Origin: Chlorokybus atmophyticus
Taxonomy: Eukaryota; Plantae; Mesostigma and Chlorokybus algae
Direction of reading: 5' to 3'
NCBI GenBank assembly: GCA_009103225.1
Contig: RHPI01000732.1
Location: 170,482 to 234,481 of the forward strand
Length of the DNA stretch: 64,000 nt
The first letter of the stretch is position 1. Each line of letters begins with the position of its first letter. The notes under the pieces were generated by a model that saw only the letters and a program-made list of their open reading frames with translations, had not been told where the DNA came from and made no database searches. The translations under genes were made by a program, and so were the position numbers. Positions 1-12,071 of this stretch are shown one piece after another.

Positions 1-209
1 CCATCTGGGTCGGCGTGGTCAACCCCTTCCCTGTCATCATCCGCCCGCACATATGGTGGAAGACCATACGCGAGATTGTCACCATCGTACGCATGCACAA
101 CGCATTCAAGTCGGGCCTCATGACTTATGGCATGATGAAGGCCGTCAAGAAGCCGAATGCCTCCTCTCAGGCAAGCCAAGCGCGGCAGTTAGAACCTCTA
201 GCAGTCTAG
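1..209 (+). CDS. 3' end (last exon) of a cyanobacterial-type MPBQ/MSBQ methyltransferase (tocopherol/plastoquinone synthesis); 5' part outside window
   Basis: Translation IWVGVVNPFPVIIRPHIWWKTIREIVTIVRMHNAFKSGLMTYGMMKAVKK resembles the C-terminus of sll0418-type MPBQ methyltransferases (IW.G..DP...W.K..REI.T...M..AF..GL..YGM); stop TAG 207-209. Confidence 0.72.
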   Translation, partial: IWVGVVNPFPVIIRPHIWWKTIREIVTIVRMHNAFKSGLMTYGMMKAVKKPNASSQASQARQLEPLAV

Positions 210-528
210 GCAGAGTAGTGGTTTCATTGTACCTGTTTATGAGTAGTACTTTGGTAAGTGCATGATGTAGACCACAGCATATGAAGCGTCAGAGAGCCTG
301 TGGTTGATAATGTATGTGCCATTCTGTGCATTTCAGTCACCGAATGCCTTAATGCGTTGATACACTCGAACTGGGCAACTGATTTTGCGGCTGGAGGTTC
401 TGTTGAGGTCTTCAAGGGCCGGCAGCCATGTTGGTGTGCTGCACATGCGTTGATGCTGTACGCTGCAATGGTACAGCTGTACGAAGTGTTCCCTTCAAAC
501 TATATGCCTGTGTTTTTTGTAACTAGTG

Positions 529-775
529 CTGACTGTTGTAATGCATGTCACCAGTCAGATACCCTGAAGTGAAGCGCGTATACTGAACCGGGCAAAACAT
601 TTATTTTGTGCTGACTATTCTGACTGTTGTAATGCATGTCACCAGTCAGATACCCTGAAGTGAAGCGCGTATACTGAACCGGGCAAAACATTTATTTTGT
701 GCTGACTATTCTAATACATGTCACCAGTCAGATACCCTGGGTTTAAGCGCGGATTCTGAGACGTGCAAAACGTTC
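529..775. repeat. 91-bp tandem repeat, two identical copies plus a degenerate third
   Basis: ctgactgttgtaatgcatgtcaccagtcagataccctgaagtgaagcgcgtatactgaaccgggcaaaacatttattttgtgctgactatt starts at 529 and again at 620; a diverged copy starts at about 711. Confidence 0.95.
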
Positions 776-1033
776 ATGTACAAAACTTTACATAGTCCTT
801 GGTGTGAAGTTGCAGCCTTAGTACAGGCCACGTGTGCTGGCAGATGGCCTTCATCTCGGCTAGTATGCGCGCTATGGTAACCACGTCAAGAACCTAGATA
901 ACAACAGCCGCTTTTCAGTACTTCCATTGATGTACGCAATTATGCTGCGATCGCAGCCAGCTCTGCCAGTCAAATCTTCTTGCGCAAGCATAGCATCTGT
1001 AAGTTATACTTGGCACAGATTACCATATATCAG

Positions 1034-4000
1034 TCAGAACCCTGGTGCAGCCTTCAAGTGTACAAGCTTTCTTCGCTTACGAGGCTTCATCGCCTGTTCA
1101 CTTCTCTGCTCATGACCCGTTCCCGGCTCTAGCAAAAAGTCAGTGACTTGCTCCATTGCTTGACTTGGTTGTGGAGCTCGACTGGTTGGAGTCGCCTCAA
1201 TGGCCGTTGTAACTGGTGCTGCAGGAGATGCAGTAGCCGGTGCATCTTCTGAAAGCATGTCTGAAAGTCTCATTGCAGCCGGCTTTGGGAGTGAGCTGTT
1301 GGCTGACGTGTTGTGCGCCGATGAACCAGACAGCTGTGATATGTCTTGCTGGCTGCTTGTCAAACTAGCCGAAGACGGTATGAGCCACTCATCGCGTTGA
1401 TTTCCATCGAGCATCGTTTCTTCTCCTGTCTGAGCTTCGCCAGCATCATGCGCGCTTGCAGAAAGTGAGTCACATGTTGCCCACGCTACATCGCCATCTG
1501 CAAAGGCCTGCTGCAACTCCTTGCACGCATCTTCATCAACACCATCTTCAACAGCATTCAAGTTGCCATGCACGGCTACATCGGCGACCAGTTGCAACTC
1601 CAGACAGGTCTGCTGCAACCCCTCGCGTATATCTTCAGCTATACCTTCTTTGTCAACGACCTCTTCATCAGCATTTTTATCCCCATGCGCGGCTACATCT
1701 GCACCCAGTTGCAACTCCTCACACACAACTACCAAATCCACTTCTCGATCATCGACCATCTTTGCGTCAGCGCTTCTGTTGGAAGGTGCAGCTGTGTCTG
1801 CAACCGGTTGCGACACTGAGTTCGGCACATCCCATATCCACTGCTGCACGCGCAAGGGTTCCAAAGTCTGACTGCTTGTTGAAGCCTCTTGACTTTGTGC
1901 GCTTGTCAAGACAGCTCGCACGTGATCGCTATATGCACTGTCGGGACAGATGTACTCTGCGCAACGTGCTTTCAACTCCAACAACCGCCTGTCATCTGCA
2001 GTATGCCACTGTTTTGTTGACCAACATAAGCATGCAATAAGAGTGCAAAGACCAACATATGAACCAGCAATCTCATGGGTTCACTTACCGTCAGTACTTG
2101 GACTGGCAATGCGGCTTGGATCGAACTGCTTTCGCGGCCACCACAATCGGCGCTCACTCCAGACACGCTCAACAGCAGCTGTATTCTGCCTAAGTGAAGC
2201 CAACACGCAACAGGTGGGTCTAATTGCCAACATGCCAAGGGCACAGAAAAGGCATTGAACTGCAAAGCAACTGCTTACTCCTTCTCCTCAACACTCGAAT
2301 GCTCTGTGCCGTGTAGCTCTTCTAGCACATCCCGCAGCTTTTGCCATGTTTTTTCAGCCCCCGGAGCAACGTCCAGATACATCGCCAGCTGCTCCAACAA
2401 GTCCCTGGAGTTGCAAACGCCTGCCCAAAGTAGTTGCTTATGAGCTGCTCGCCCTTGCAAGCAACATTGATAAGCACGCGTAGCTTCCATAAGCTTTCCA
2501 CATCTTCAGTGTCAAGAGACCTATAGACTTTATACATATGCACCGGCAAAGCTCACCTTTGTTGTGCAGCGCCATGATTGCTAGTATCGCTTCCTGAGAC
2601 GACGGCTCTTGCGCAAGCAACTTGATGTAACTATGGAGGCGTGCGCGAGCATCCTGGTGGTCTGATCTGGTTTGTTTCTTTGGCATGTGAACATAAAGTC
2701 TGTCCACAGCAGCCAGCACGTCAGTATACCAGCTGCAAACAGCTGGCAGTATGCATGATTGCATAACACTCGCTTAGCAGCGAGCCTGCTGTAGAGAGAT
2801 GTACGTGCAAGCATTTAGAAAGCACTGCCTCGACCAGTCGATGTAGACAACAATATAGTAATGGACAGCTTAAGGATGCACCGACCTGTGAATGTCTACA
2901 TCTTGCGTGCGCTTGCGCACTTCCTGAAGAATCTTGCGCGCAGCACGCTTGCGTCCCAAAGCAAAGTTGACCTACATACCGACTCTATCAGTCCAGGAGC
3001 GTGCATCAGGTGCGTATAACAGACTGTGACCTCGTTGAAACAACAGGCAAAGTAAAATTACTGTCACATACTCTAGCATGGTAGTAAGCGAGTTGTGTAG
3101 AATCAGGCAGGAGCTTGGATGCTGCGTCAAAGTACCTCAAAGCCTGCATGCTGGCTGTCTTGACCTAGACGCAAGCACCCCAAGTCAGTTGAAGCCTTTC
3201 CTTTCAAGGCAAGCACAACACACTTGAGTAAGCCCACCTTGGTGCGCACATCGTAATCAAGCACTGGCATGAACAAACTCTGTAAGCAATCAGTGCCACT
3301 CGTGCCTTCTGTATCTTCCTGATCGCTGTCATCTGTAACAAAAAGAATGCACAACACTATCAGCAAGCACTCCAACATACAGTTTGGGAGAAGCTGACCG
3401 TCCCAGCAAGTTCTGACATAGGGGCTGTTACCGGTATCGTCATCGCTCTGTGACTCTGCCTCAACTATGGCATCTGTATCAACCATGCGTTGCTCATCCC
3501 TTTCAGCTCTTGCCGGTTTCTGAGTCAACTGGTGTTCACTGCCACCACCCATATTTTGGTCACTCGCAATAGGAGACCCCTCTACTTCTTGATGCTCACT
3601 CCTGGCTTCATGTATTACATGCAGGGCTTTCATGGTCAGGTCCGCACCATCCAGTTGCTCTGCTGCATAAGGCGCAGGAGTTGGCAATGATTGTTGCTTG
3701 CCTTCGCTGTCGCTGTCACTTGAAACTGAACGGTTTCCGCTGCCGTTTGGCAAAGTGCTCACCACTTGAACCTGAGGGGTGACTTCATTATGTCCGGAGG
3801 AATCCATTACTTCTTTTACGGCCAGCGCCCAGCTGCGGTAACTCAGCATTGCCAAGTGCGTGATCAAACTCGCAGACTTTTCATAGGTCCTCCTTGTCAG
3901 AGACTCAGTAAGCGCCCTGCATAGCCAAGGGGGTTCACTGTGCAGCTGTATCCAACACTTGCTTCATTGCCATGCGCGGAACATGTTTGCATCAAGTGCG

Positions 4001-5340
4001 TACTCCTGTATGGCGTCAATAGCGCGCTGAAGTCGGACTTCGTGCCTGCTTTGCGCGTCCTCGTTCCAGATGGTTTGCAGTGCCCATTCTATCAGCCACA
4101 GCGGCTTGCCGCCCTGATGATGCAGCAAGGGAGGTTACCGCACAGCCACTGAAACCTACAATTAGCGTGCAGTCAGAACATGTTGCACGCGCACATGCAG
4201 AGATTGCATGGTATGCTGTGCATTGAAGCAATGGGTCTGTTAAACAAGCACAAAGCACAAGTAGTGCTACCTCTGGCAGCTGAGAGTTCCAGTAGCCTTC
4301 TCTTCCAGACATCCACAAGTGGGTTCGAAACGTCTTTGCGCGAAAACTGTCAAACGCCGCAGGGCATTGAAGCAAGAGCTCGGATATGAACTGCAACACA
4401 CATCAACGCCACGAGACAATTCATGAGCACACCAACTAGTGTAAGTACAACTACAGTACAAGACAACATGCAGCAATGCGTGCATGAACCTGAATACGCA
4501 GTGCAGTGAAGCTCCATGCGTCGCGGTGGGCTTCCTTTTTGCCACGCAATGGAGTGATCTGCATGAGTACAGCAAGCACACGCGCAGCACGCTGCCACTC
4601 ACGCGCCAGCAACAAGTCTCTGATCAGCATGTGAAGGCGCTTCAAGTGTCCGTGCTGCACATGCTTAAGCGCCTGCCAGCACACAAAGCACACATTCGTC
4701 ACTTGATACTTGCAACCATAAGAGCATGATTTGCAGCACTAACACTAACAGTTCAGTAGCATCCAAACAAGTGTTGACCATACTTGCACTCACTGTCAAA
4801 AGTGGCATAATGTTATGTCACGAGCACTACCAGCCGTCATCTATTGCGAGTAACAGTTACGAGCACACATAACAACCACATACTGACTGCCACCCATGTC
4901 AACTATGGAACAACTGTACTTAGCTGAGTGACTCGTGCGGTTTGCCAGCATGATCACACACATGCCTGCCACTGATTGCTATACAGCTAGCTGAACAGTG
5001 CATGGCAGCTGTTGATATAAGCTCAAGGAGCAAAGTTCGTTCCTCAGGCACTGAAACATGCAGCTACAGACAGTACCAGGCACGTATACCTATGCTAAAG
5101 TAGTTACTGCAGCAGTTCTCAGTCTCAAACACGACATAACAGCTGGCAGCAGCAGCAATAGCAATGGAACTGCAACACAGTACAGAACAGAGCAACCCCA
5201 ACCTTGAAGTCAACTGCGTCAGCCCTTCGCTGATTCCAGAACTCCTTATCCGCCACCGCACGAGTATACAGGTCAAGGCTGTCCATCCCGGCATCGCGGC
5301 CCACCGCCACTACCTCCTGCGCCGCTCCCGCCGTCGCCAT
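1034..5340 (-). CDS. Multi-exon gene, probable RNA polymerase I SL1/core-factor subunit (RRN11/TAF1A-like) with long acidic low-complexity regions
   Basis: Start MATAGAAQEV at 5340. Exon near 4500-4680 reads HLKRLHMLIRDLLLAREWQRAARVLAVLMQ, like the Rrn11/TAF1A helix motif (L..LLH..L....W..A...L..L). Further exons near 4270-4390, 3130-3860, 2570-2650, 2280-2420 and a terminal exon 1034-~1950. Exact exon borders not all resolved. Confidence 0.5.
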
Positions 5341-5730
5341 GTCGCCCACCTCACTGCCAATGTGTGCAGAATGATTTGCCACTCTCTTGCCCTAACCTGC
5401 CCGCGATATAGTCGCACGCAATGCCGATATCAGATTATGCATATATCACGTTCTGACTGGATATACATGTGGTCAGACGACATCTGTTGCTTGGAAGCGG
5501 TCTACGGGAAGTTGTGTTCTTGTGGAGCCTTTTTATCCGTTCTGGTCGAGTTGGGCCAATGGGGTCAAAGCGAACGCTGAGGATTGGTGCCCGGGCGCGG
5601 GTTTTGAGCGGGGATCGCAGCGCGCGTGCCGGCGCTGTGATTTGATCTCTGCACTGGTTGATTGGCGCATTTGTGCTGGGTTTGAGCTTAGCGTCGGTGG
5701 TGTCGGTGTTGTTGTTGGTCGTCGGTAACC

Positions 5731-6646
5731 ATGGCGGCGGCGGTTGGACTCTGCGGCAGTGGCCTAGCCACCCGGAGCGTCTCTGGTACGTACAGCTTGC
5801 TTGTGTGCGCGCATATTGATAGTCGCTCATATGGAGAAACCAATGCATAACCAATGGGGTGTACTGGAGCGTGCTGTGTGACAGCTGGCTTGCAGCTTGA
5901 ATTCACCAGTGTGCAATGCTTGATTGCCTGTTTTGGTGATGATGCAGCTTCGGCTCCCCGTGCCGGCATCAAGGGCGTGCCTCTGCGGTCGTCCCGCCTC
6001 TCGGCGCCCGTCCGCAATAACTCCCGCGTCGCCACCTGCATGTAAGCACGATTGACCTGGTGCAAACTTGTACACCATCCACTTGCAGTGTTCTCACATT
6101 GAGTACTTGATCAGGGCCTTCCCCTCCAACTGGCTCCGCAAGGACTCCCTTGTCCCCGTGCTGGCTACCGTTGGCTGGGTGCTGCCTTCCTCCATCCCCA
6201 TCTACGGAAGTAAGCAACGGCAGCTGCTAACGCTGCCTCCCTTTGTAATGTGACATCAGAGGTTGGTGTAACACTACTCCAGGACTGCAAGATCTGTGGC
6301 TAAAGTATGCTCTATGTTTACAGACACCGGCGACAGCTTGACCGGCCTCTTCTTCAGCCGTATTGGCCCGCTCCTTGGCCAGTTCCCCGCCCCACCCGCC
6401 ATTGATGATCCTTTCTGGTGAGTGCTGTTTCGGTGATACACGGACAATATTCACTTACTGCATGGACAGTCATTCTCATGCTCATGTTGGGTCTAACAGA
6501 AAATGATTACTTGTACCCAATCCGTAAAGCTCTCTGACCAATTCTATTGCAGGACCCTGGGTTTCTTGTGGCACCTTGGTCTTTTCGCCTGCCTGACCCT
6601 GGGCCAGATCGGCGTCCAGGCCCGCAAGGAGGGCTACTTTGATTAG
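5731..6646 (+). CDS. psaO: Photosystem I subunit O (5 exons: 5731-5785, 5948-6041, 6115-6209, 6324-6417, 6553-6646)
   Basis: Phase-consistent GT-AG splicing gives a transit peptide plus AFPSNWLRKDSLVPVLATVGWVLPSSIPIYGNTGDSLTGLFFSRIGPLLGQFPAPPAIDDPFWTLGFLWHLGLFACLTLGQIGVQARKEGYFD*, the PsaO signature. Confidence 0.97.
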
Positions 6647-8086
6647 ATACACCACTTTATACCCCATGTACCCAGCAACCTTGTGTGAAATATACCAACT
6701 GTATCTTTGTTGATCGGGCGGTGATGCATTGTTTTTGTCTATGGGCATCTTGTGTCCATGTGTCTGCTTTCAGCTTGACCTCGATCAAGAATGTGCACTC
6801 CTGCCTGATTGTTGCTGGATGATTCTGTAAGTATGGTGCATGAAGTATGGTGCACTGTAGCGATAGGTTTGCAGTTGTATGGCGAGCCGCCATTGGCGAG
6901 CAGGTTGTAATCTTGTGTTGTGTAGGATATGCGCGAGACAATCGGTGACGTGCATGATGCAAGTAGCATAGCATACCAACCAGCATGCAAATACAATCTC
7001 ATACACCTCCACCTGGCTATATTTACTGCCTGCTTTCTGTCACGCTACCCTACTTAAACCTCCCCGTCAGGCATGCATACATGCGCATTGTTGGTGGATT
7101 ACGTGTGCAACACGAGCAGCAGCGCCAACCACGGTAGTCCAGGAGCGGCGTAACAGCATCAGGCACCATGTAGCCCACCCCCTCTCCCTCCATCTCCCCC
7201 CCTCTCTCCCTCTCCGTCTGTCCCTCCTCCTCCTTCCCCACTTCTTCGTCCCCCGCTCTGCCTGCTCTCTCTCCTCCGCCTCCCCCTCCCCCTCCTCCTG
7301 CTGTCACTGCGCCGTTGCCTCGTCAGCAACCCTTGTCTCTGCTTATCTGGCAGGGCCCCTCTGCCCTGCCTCTCGCTCTGCTGGCTTGCAGTGCGGCACT
7401 GCAGCATAGGGCACTGCACTGTGTAGCTCTCGCGGTTAGGTGGTGCTGGTGGGGTCGGGTGGTGGGTTTGGGGAGGTTAAGCTGATGTGTTCCAGCCAAC
7501 ATCCGCGTTACCTCAATGGTGATTCAACATTTGTGCAATGCGTCGCGTCCTTCACAGGCACTATTAATGTTCGGCTAGCAGATGCTGGACTTCATGTAAA
7601 GTTTAGTAGAACAACACAATCAAGCAAGGCCTGTCGCTGAACATCACATTTCCTGTTGTAAGGTGACAGCGAGACAGCAATCACAACAAATGTATCGCAA
7701 ATGGACATTCAATGTCTACACTGAGCAAAGTGTACCCACACAAGAAACACATTGCTATGCCGGAGCATATGCCCGGCGTTCAACGGCATTGCAGCCATGC
7801 TTACTGCATGCAATGCTCCAGCAGAGGCTTTCAGCCATTGGCAACATGCACGGCTTCAAATGCACTGCATGACAAGTAATCAATGTTGCACAAAATGATT
7901 CCGTGCACATGCCAGCAGCAGAACGGCTGCACAAATGCCGCCACCAACCATTGTGTAAGGCAATAAGTACCAACATGTTGATCTGCAAACTGGCATTTTG
8001 CCATAGCGCAGCACTTCACCTGATAATTGCTACCCTTAAGAATCAGTTCACTAAATCTCAAACAATTGTAGTCATCCTGCCCCTTA

Positions 8087-11000
8087 TCAGCTGTCGCCAG
8101 CTCTATGGGGTTCCCTGTACTCCGCATTGGGAAACGCGCCCGAGGCAGACGGGAAGTGTCTCAGCAACCACGTGCGCACGTCGCCCAGCTCTGCCGGACT
8201 CACTTCGTGCGCAACCCTGCCAAAACAGCCGCCCTCAATACAATCAAGCGGCTGTGACTCACGCACAATGCGCTCATAGGCATGTCATGTCTCAGTTGCT
8301 CCCAACATGCAAGCTGTGCATAGAATATGACACAAGAAGCTGTATGTATGAGGTTTCAGTCAACCTTTCAGAAGTAGTTGTTGGCTTTTTTGTGTGGTGT
8401 GGTGGGGGTGGGGGAGGGGTGNNNNNNNNNNNNNNNNNNNNNNNNNNNNNNNNNNNNNNNNNNNNNNNNNNNNNNNNNNNNNNNNNNNNNNNNNNNNNNN
8501 NNNNNNNNNNNNNNNNNNNNNNNNNNNNNNNNNNNNNNNNNNNNNNNNNNNNNNNNNNNNNNNNNNNNNNNNNNNNNNNNNNNNNNNNNNNNNNNNNNNN
8601 NNNNNNNNNNNNNNNNNNNNNNNNNNNNNNNNNNNNNNNNNNNNNNNNNNNNNNNNNNNNNNNNNNNNNGGGGGGGGCATCATCATCATGTTCATAACAG
8701 TTGCGTACCCTCTATAGGCTTTGTACTGCACATCTTGGTAGCCTGCAGTTTCAAGCACTTGCTTGCTCATGGCACCAAACGTGGCAGGAACCAGGAAGTC
8801 ATCTGCAAAGGGAGATACATATTGACAAAATTGCTAAGGCTACCTTGTACAGTTCCGTGAACGCGCCAGTTGCAATGTTGCATGAGTTGCTGCAGTGCAG
8901 ACGGATCTGCACGTGATGAATGCACATGCACACGAGCATACCTTGTCCGTGAAAAAGTGCTATTGGCATGTTGGCCTTCCCCGCGATTGGCTGAGGCACG
9001 TCCCTGGCCACAGCATGCATCACCATGATGCGAGCCCACATGAGGACACTTGCAACGTGCACTTATGAACCAATCGACCAACATGTGCATGCGTGCGCCA
9101 CTTACAGCAAGTACACATCGACAGCAAGGGAAGTGTGTACAGCGTGTCAATTGACGCTCAAACAGTTTTGCAGAGTCCACACCTGAAGCCTGGCAGCCAC
9201 GAGCTGATGGCCGCAGCGGCGCCAACAGGAGCAACTAGCTTGCCGCCGGCCGCTTTGGTTGCAACGTACAGCGCGAGCGCACCTCCCATGCTGAAGCCGC
9301 CCACCCCGATAGACGACTCAGGCACGCCCGCTACAAGATGGATGCATGCATATGCATGGTGAGCAACATGTGGCATACACCACACATAGAGGCGCACACA
9401 CGCGCATGCGCACACCTTGTTGGCGCACATGGTATCCAACATGCATGCAAACGCTTTTTGCTGTGTCTATCACAGCAACAGCAGCGTGCGCGTGCGCGCG
9501 CACACACACACACACACACACACATGTATGTGCAAGTGTGCATGGAATGTGTTGGAACAAGCAACAATGCAGACGATGTCACGAGCCAAACATAATGTGT
9601 GATATTTACCGGCGGCCTCTTGGCGGAGGAGGTCAGCAATGTAGAGTGCGGCAGCGTCCATGCCGGGGGTGTCCTCTATGGCGTTGGGGCTGATGCCGAA
9701 GATGTCAAACCACGCCGTGCACGGCGCCCCGCCGTTGATTGTCACGGGACGCACGGGCGCCGTAGGCAGTATCCACTTCACCTGCGTGAAGTGGATAACA
9801 CAATCTCCATCGTTGTCGAGTTACAGAGACACACATACACGTACACTCAGCAGGCTTCTCCTTGATTTGCTCTTATACCACTTGTATGGCGCTTTGCTAC
9901 AGAAATCACAAGGTAGGGAAACTGTCCACAATGGCCAAACTCACAACACTTACATGTGGCATTGCGAGCATGTCTGCAATCGGCGTCCACCTGCAACAAT
10001 GACAACCGTTCATCGGTTTCTTTGTCACGGCAATGTTGTTCACACGACGTTGCAACCAAATAGCAATAACATGCACTCACCCTGCGGCTGTGTCGCCAAG
10101 GCCATGACACCACACTATCGATGCGGTGTGTTGCACAGTTGGCTTGATTACAACCGTCTCCATCGCAGGAGTCCCTGCGGTAGTTCACACGCAAACAGTT
10201 CACACGCATGTGATGGTCGTATCAGCTTGCGAAGATGTGCAACCTCACGCGCAAGCATACATGCGTATAGCCACGCACACCCATATGCAACCATATGCAT
10301 GCACACGCCACAGATGCAATCTTCAGGCTGCTACAACAGTGGAACGTACCGTAAATTGCTGCCATGCTGGCTGCGGTGGTGCTCAAGCGCTTCACTTCAG
10401 CTTTGCGATTTGATAATGTTGATGCTGTGCTCGTTGTCTTCTGGCCCAAACCGGGCCAGCCCGAGCGCGTCGCGCAAGATGAGAGTGTAGGGTGCTGCTT
10501 TGTGAGAGGGCGCAGCCGTGAGCAGGCGTTGAACGCCACTGAAGATGTCAATATCAATGGCATCGGAGAACACCTGCGCAAAAGACAAAAGAGACATGGT
10601 TATTTAACCTGTGGTGCTCATAGGATTTGAGGCGTATGCTATGCAGTTCAGTGCAACCAACTGGTTCACAAGGCAAGAAAAGCAACGTCTATATAGGTAA
10701 ACTGATGTATTGAATTCGTTTCTTACACGTCTTGAAAGAAAGTTGCGACTGTCGCAGTCTGCAAACATGCAGCTTAAGCCACTCAAACTTCGTGTTGATA
10801 GCTTACACAACACGGCTGCGCGATGCGCAATCGCTACTAATGTAGGTAAATGATACGTAGATTGACAAATCAACAGGCAACAGCAAGCTGCCTAACAGAT
10901 AGCTGGCTATACTGAAACAGTGAAGCTCAGAGCAAGCTGGCTGTCAGCCAGCTTGCTCTGGACTTCACTGCTTCAGTTCAGCACGCTCAGAGCTTCACTG

Positions 11001-11157
11001 CTTCATCACAGACAAGCTACGTGCGCATGCAGGACATGCGCCAGTAGACCGAAGCAAATTAGGGAAAGCTCCCTATTCATTTGGAGCTGAGCATACCAGA
11101 GCAACCTCCACCCCCAACCCAAGCTTGCGACCAGACATGCACGCGCGCAACTTACAT
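8087..11157 (-). CDS. Acyl-protein thioesterase / phospholipase-carboxylesterase (alpha/beta hydrolase) with N-terminal targeting-like extension
   Basis: Exons give HTASIVWCHGLGDTAAG, KWILPTAPVRPVTINGGAPCTAWFDI, GGFSMGGALAL (nucleophile GxSxG), PIALFHGQDDFLVP (Asp) and YRGVAHEVSPAELGDV (His); stop TGA at 8089-8087. The last intron contains the N gap. Confidence 0.92.
8422..8669. other. Assembly gap (N run) flanked by G-rich sequence
   Basis: Run of N between poly-G-rich flanks. Confidence 0.99.
10911..10977. repeat. Near-perfect inverted repeat (about 33-bp arms, 1-nt loop) in intron 1 of the thioesterase gene
   Basis: actgaaacagtgaagctcagagcaagctggctg-t-cagccagcttgctctggacttcactgcttcagt; 3 mismatched positions; a partial third arm copy (ctcagagcttcactgcttca) follows at about 10986-11005. 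Confidence 0.9.
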
Positions 11158-12071
11158 GCGCAGAAGGGAGATGCTTTTACAATGAAGCTGGTAGTCAACT
11201 GTGCCAACTCCAGCTACCGCTCTGCTCGCCGCCCCCGCCGCCGCCGCCCACAACAACAACAACAACCGCAACTAAACCAGCGCTGACAAGCGCTGGTACG
11301 CTCGTGCTTGGCCTGGAAGCTATAGCTGCGCTGCTCAAGCTTGTTGCAGTGGTTGTTCAGCAGGTGGCGAGATTGGCAGCTGTGTCGTCCTGGTCGTTGT
11401 GGTTGTCGTGGTGTTCCCCACCGCCACTGTTGCCTAAAAGAACCACAGCCACAACTTGATCAGGTGAGCAGGCGAAGCATTAGCCGTGGGACGGCGGCGG
11501 CGGCGGCGGCGGCGGCGGTGACATCAGCGAGGGCGGTGGGGCGCCTGGCTGTCGTGCTCGTGCCCAAGGCCCTGAGCTGGTCGTTGAGGTACATGGCGTT
11601 GTGGGTTTGCTTTGCGCCGTGCAGTGTCGTGCAGCATTGGCAGCAGCCAGCTGGCATGTTGCGTGCAGATAGCAAGCCAACGACACTGGATCCGTTTACT
11701 TGATTGTACACCTGATTGCTCATATTGTAGATCAGACCCAGTTGATGTGACGCTGTATGTGTGAGTGTGCCACGCGCATTGGCCCAGCAAACTGCTGACT
11801 GCTCACTTTGACAACAGCTACAAGGTCGATGGTCTTGCATGCATGTAAGCATGGATGCATGTATGACACAATGCAGGCGTCTACGAAGGGTCACCAACTG
11901 GACACAGAAAGCAACCAACGAACGCATGCGATGTGAATGGTAGCCAACCTGAAGCAGTAGAGTGATCAGCACATACTGATCAACTATATTGGATCACCAT
12001 GGCAGCGAGCGATCCACATATGTTGTGTCAATAATGCAGATTGTGGGTGAGCGAAAGGCAAACCAGCGGTC

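Noticed and set aside
529-775. Possible CRISPR-like array
   Set aside because: Units are directly adjacent with no unique spacers; the context is eukaryotic and no cas genes are present.
7050-7420. Gly/Glu/Arg-rich ORFs on the minus strand
   Set aside because: Low-complexity purine/pyrimidine tract downstream of the thioesterase; no coherent exon chain found.
7903-8860. ORFs of 100-260 aa spanning X runs (also 30740-31410)
   Set aside because: They are open only because N gaps contain no stop codons.
11460-11594. 44-codon minus-strand ORF MYLNDQLRALG... as a conserved uORF of the thioesterase
   Set aside because: It is mostly a (GCC)8 repeat in GC-rich leader sequence; no recognisable conservation or transcript evidence.
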